Positions 59,240 through 62,933 of a stretch of 62,933 nucleotides of DNA are shown one piece after another. The notes below the pieces were generated by a model that saw only the letters and a list, made by a program, of their open reading frames with translations, ran no database searches and was not told where the DNA came from. Every line of letters starts with the position of its first letter. The first letter of the stretch is position 1. The stretch comes from Rhizaria sp. SCN 62-66 (lineage: Eukaryota). The translations under genes and the position numbers were made by a program. Location of the stretch: positions 1-62,933 of the forward strand of contig MEDY01000145.1 in assembly GCA_001724265.1 (NCBI GenBank), in the 5' to 3' direction.

Positions 59240-60128
59240 ATGTCTGACGTCCCTGCTCAAGACGGCGCTGCTGTGCCCATCGTCGCCCCGCTGACCGCGC
59301 CCGTGGTTGCCAAGGATGACAAGTCCCTCAAATCGGACTACTACTTCTTCAAGTCGACGCCCAAGGACCAGCTCGAGAGCTACCTGCCGAAGCCGCTCTC
59401 GGGCCCCGTCGAGGAGACGACTGCGGTGCCCAAGGGCGCGTCGACTTGGAACAAGGCGGGCACCTGGGAGGAGAGCGATGCCACGGCCTGGGCCATGGAG
59501 CGTCTCAAGGAGCTCTTCATCGGCATCGCGCCCACCAACGGCGCCGCCGTTAAGGTCACTGAGGCCTCGTCGGTACGCTCACTGTCCTCGCTCCCTATAG
59601 GATGCGCTGCTCTTTCGCGCTGCTGACGCGTAACACTTGCATTCAAATTGAATCTGCATATGCTCTGCTAAGACTTGCCACAGAGCATTAGTATGAATCG
59701 CCGGATATTTAAAATGTGTGTTTCTGTGTCATTTCATCATTTTATCTGATCTGCCTTTCACTAACTTGCTCTACTGTCCTGCTTTATACCTCTGCCCCAA
59801 TCTTTGATCATAATCGACCCTGCACACTGCGCAGGTCTCTGGCGAAGCGAGTCGCATCATGTCCCGCGGCAAGCGCAAGGCCGACTTCGAGGTCACGGGC
59901 AAGTTCGTCTGGGCTGGCACCGACGCCGCGGGCGCCGCCGTCTCGGGCACCATCTCCTTCAGCGACGTCGACAGTGCAAGCACCGACGACTTCGACGTCA
60001 CCGTGGCCGCCGACGCCGCCGACGCCGGGCACGTCGAGGCGCGCAACGCGATGAAGACGTGCGTCAAGGAGTTCCGCAAGCGCATGGGGCAGTTTAGCAA
60101 GGAGCTCGTCGAGGGTCCCCAGGAGTGA
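59240..60128 (+). CDS. Aha1 N-terminal-domain protein (Hsp90 co-chaperone-like); exons 59240-59572 and 59835-60128; about 208 aa
   Basis: GASTWNKAGTWEESDATAWAMERLKEL and V.GEA...SRGKRK..FE are typical of stand-alone Aha1_N proteins. One GTACGC...GCAG intron. Stop TGA. Confidence 0.85.
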
Positions 60129-60861
60129 GCGCGCCGCGCGACGAACTCAATGCACTGATCATCAGCTAATATCTTGGCATGCGTCAGAGTTTCTTTTGAG
60201 TTTGTGGTATGAACAAGCTGCTCCTGGTGGTTTTCGGTGGCCAGTGTACGGCAGTATAGGCTGCAAGAATGGCGTGTGTTTATCGGTCGATGTAATGTGA
60301 GGCTGCTTTCAGTGAATCTGCGAAGGTCTGGGTGCGCCAAGGTAGACTGATGATGTGCTTGCGTCATCACTTCCAGGCACGCCGATGATTACGACGGACT
60401 GCGCAAGGTATATGAACTTCAATAGAATAATACATACGATATTTCAAAGCAATGCGAGCGGGGGAAAAAACGTCAAATTTGCCGTAGACATAAAGGCCTC
60501 AATATCATTGAGATCTCCACAGCTTTTAAAATAGATTCACAAACAGCCACAAGTTGGTTCTGAACGGCTCGTTGCAGAACGATCGCGAGCGATTTTGAAT
60601 GCAGTTGCTAAGCGTTTCGCCTTCGCTAGTTTTGGCAGCTCGTGTAGAAACGCTCTAATTTTGTAGTGCACTTATTGCTTTCATTGTTAGATACTCTTGA
60701 AAACTCTTCTATGGTGGCACATCCAATGGTGCAAACGGAGTCACATGCTCACCCCTTCTCTTTACTCCGACCTGCACTACCACACGGCGTTCCATCAAGG
60801 TGTTTCCAACCACACTAAGCAGTCGCAGAAATAGCGCATCTCCTGAGTGTGTTATAATCAA

Positions 60862-62383
60862 ATGGTGCGCGCTCAGCGGCCATTCCGCCGCGTTCTCGCC
60901 GCTCTCTTGCTCAGTGTCGTCTCCGTCTCGTCACTCGTCTCCCTGACACTGCTGAGCTCTCTGCCCGCGCCCGCGCTCGCGACTGACGCTGCGGCGCTCA
61001 ACCCCGACGTACCACTTACCGCGGAGGACATGGCGCATCTGAACGCCGTGATGTCGGACCAGACTGAGGGCTTCTCCGGGCTCGCTGGTGAGTTTAACAT
61101 GGACACATACACGCCCGCTATGCCCGAGCGAGAGGCCGACGACGAAGCGCTGCGCTACGTCGACACGTTTCTGCACAGTCAGATGACGTTGCAGTTTGAC
61201 ATTGGCGACAATCTCGACTACTCTGCGCTGCCCGTGGCGGGCGCCGTCCCCGCCGACGCCGCCGAGGCTGCTGCCGCCGCCGGCGACGGCATGCTGTACA
61301 AGTCCTTCACAGAGCACGTTGGCCAGCAGCCGTTCCGCGCGCATTTCGTCATCCTGCAGCGCCCACACGCGCTGACTGTGTTCCCGCCCTCTGGTCAGTC
61401 TCCCGCGCAGCCGCTCACGGTTGCCGCCGAGTCGCACCGCTGCAAACTCGCGCTGAGTTTGGGTTTGGTCAACCTGCAGAGCCACAGCATCACGGGCACG
61501 CTTGTCGCCAACGGCACCGCGCTGCACCGCTCGCGCACCGACAAGGGCCGTCGCCGCGTCGCGCTGGGTATCGACGCCGAGCGCAAACACGTCGCCGTCG
61601 GTTACCCTGAGGACTCGGACCTTTTCCCCACGCTCGTGCCTTCGCCTGCGAACAACCACAACACGGCCAACAACGCCAACAACAATGCAAACGGCGGTGC
61701 GCATTACCCGATGGCGTCGCCGTCGACGCCCGCACCGCTGTCACCCGCGCTTGGCCCCACGGGGCTCCCACCGGCCGGGACGCCCGTGGCGTTCAGCGAG
61801 ATGGTCACCGGCGCAGGCTGGTTGGTCCGTAAAGGCCAGTCGTTCCTCGAGACCGCGGTGCCGATCGAGGGGCTCGACGAGGAGGACGTCGCGCGCCGCG
61901 GGCCCCGGGCCGCGCTTGGCGTCGACGAGAAGGGCCATATCATGGTTATCGTCGTCGAGGGCTCACGGGTACGTCTTGAAAGAAACGACACGTTGTAATC
62001 GCATTGAACTCACACTGCAAATATTACTGGTTACTTGGATTGTGCACTGCCTTGAATGTTCGAAATCAATATGGACTGAATTTAACGAGTTGACTCACTG
62101 TCTATTAATATCCTTCCGTGTATCTCTCTCCGTCATTTTCTTCAATTTGCAAACCTATGCACTTACCTTACAGTCGCGCGGCGAAGGCCTGGACCTGTAC
62201 GAGTTCACCGACGCCCTGACGCGACTTAACTTCTACCAGGCGATCAACCTGAGCGGCGACGGCGGCCGCGCGCTCATCGTGCGCGGCTCCATCGTCAATA
62301 GCCCGCGGTGCCGGCGCGGCAAGGGCGACCCGCCGTGCTTAGAGCGCGACGACGCACTGCTCTGTCTCCAGGAAGGCAAATGA
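60862..62383 (+). CDS. Secreted/luminal phosphodiester glycosidase (NAGPA/UCE)-like protein; exons 60862-61968 and 62174-62383; about 438 aa
   Basis: Signal or anchor segment; MVTGAGWLVRKG, GPRAALGVDEKGHIMVIVVEG, GLDLYEF, QAINLSGDGG and VNSP resemble NAGPA-family motifs. Stop TGA. Confidence 0.8.
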
Positions 62384-62740
62384 AGTGAAGTAGCTCCGAC
62401 AGCGGACCAGGAACGGAAGTAAAGACTGGGGTGAGCTCAGAATAGCTAAGGAGATAGCAATATGGCCAAAAGAGTCCTGACTAGTGACTAAGACATACTT
62501 GTGGACGAAAAGAAATACCAGGTCACGAATTCAGTTTAATACAGTTAAGACGATTTCAAAACATGAGCATACCGTATGTCATTGTACTATTTGTCTCCAT
62601 AAGGGGCACTTTATTATAAGCAATAAAATACGCGATACATTAGTCACTGCGAGTCGTTACGCGTGGCACTGCGTGCTGCGCGCGACTCCACCGAGTGTCC
62701 ACGAAGGCGCACGGTGCTGCGGCGGTGCTGGTGAGGGCAC

Positions 62741-62933
62741 TTAGAAGCACTTGCGGTGGACGATGGTGGGGCCGGACTCGTCGTACTCCTGGCGGGTGAC
62801 CCACATGGTCTGGAAGGTGGAGAGGTAGGCGAGGATGGAGCCACCGATCCAGACGGAGAACTTGCGCTCCGGGGGCGCGATGACCTTGATGTTCATCGAC
62901 TGGGGAGCAAGGGCGGTGATCTCCTTGGACATA
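62741..62933 (-). CDS. ACT: Actin, C-terminal fragment (5' part outside the window)
   Basis: KEITALAP...[24 protein letters not shown]...[15 protein letters not shown] then TAA. Confidence 0.97.
   Translation of the reverse strand, partial: MSKEITALAPQSMNIKVIAPPERKFSVWIGGSILAYLSTFQTMWVTRQEYDESGPTIVHRKCF

Overview
GC-rich, gene-dense nuclear DNA of a microbial eukaryote (lineage not determinable from this window). It holds about 17 protein-coding genes with short AT-rich spliceosomal introns; 14 of the 16 I could model start GTACG. The genes are a SEL1-repeat protein, RBX1-like, TRIM37-like, a CHAT-protease/P-loop NTPase, EXOSC1/CSL4, GPR107/108, ASC-1/TRIP4, a large RING protein, APC11-like, a giant low-complexity C2-like protein, a mitochondrial LEA-like protein, a small secreted protein, a giant coiled-coil protein, an ELM2-motif protein, an Aha1-N protein, NAGPA-like and actin (3' end). 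Two translation-level signals stand out. (1) UAG appears to be a sense codon, probably Gln: five genes have a single in-frame TAG with coding sequence continuing in the same frame, and every modelled gene end is TAA or TGA. (2) A cellular gene at 51937-58214 (-) carries what looks like a coronavirus-type -1 programmed ribosomal frameshift: U_UUA_AAC in frame, a 6-nt spacer and a predicted H-type pseudoknot, exactly at the junction of two long ORFs. A cryptic 128-nt intron is the main alternative to (2). All gene models were built by eye without databases or transcripts.
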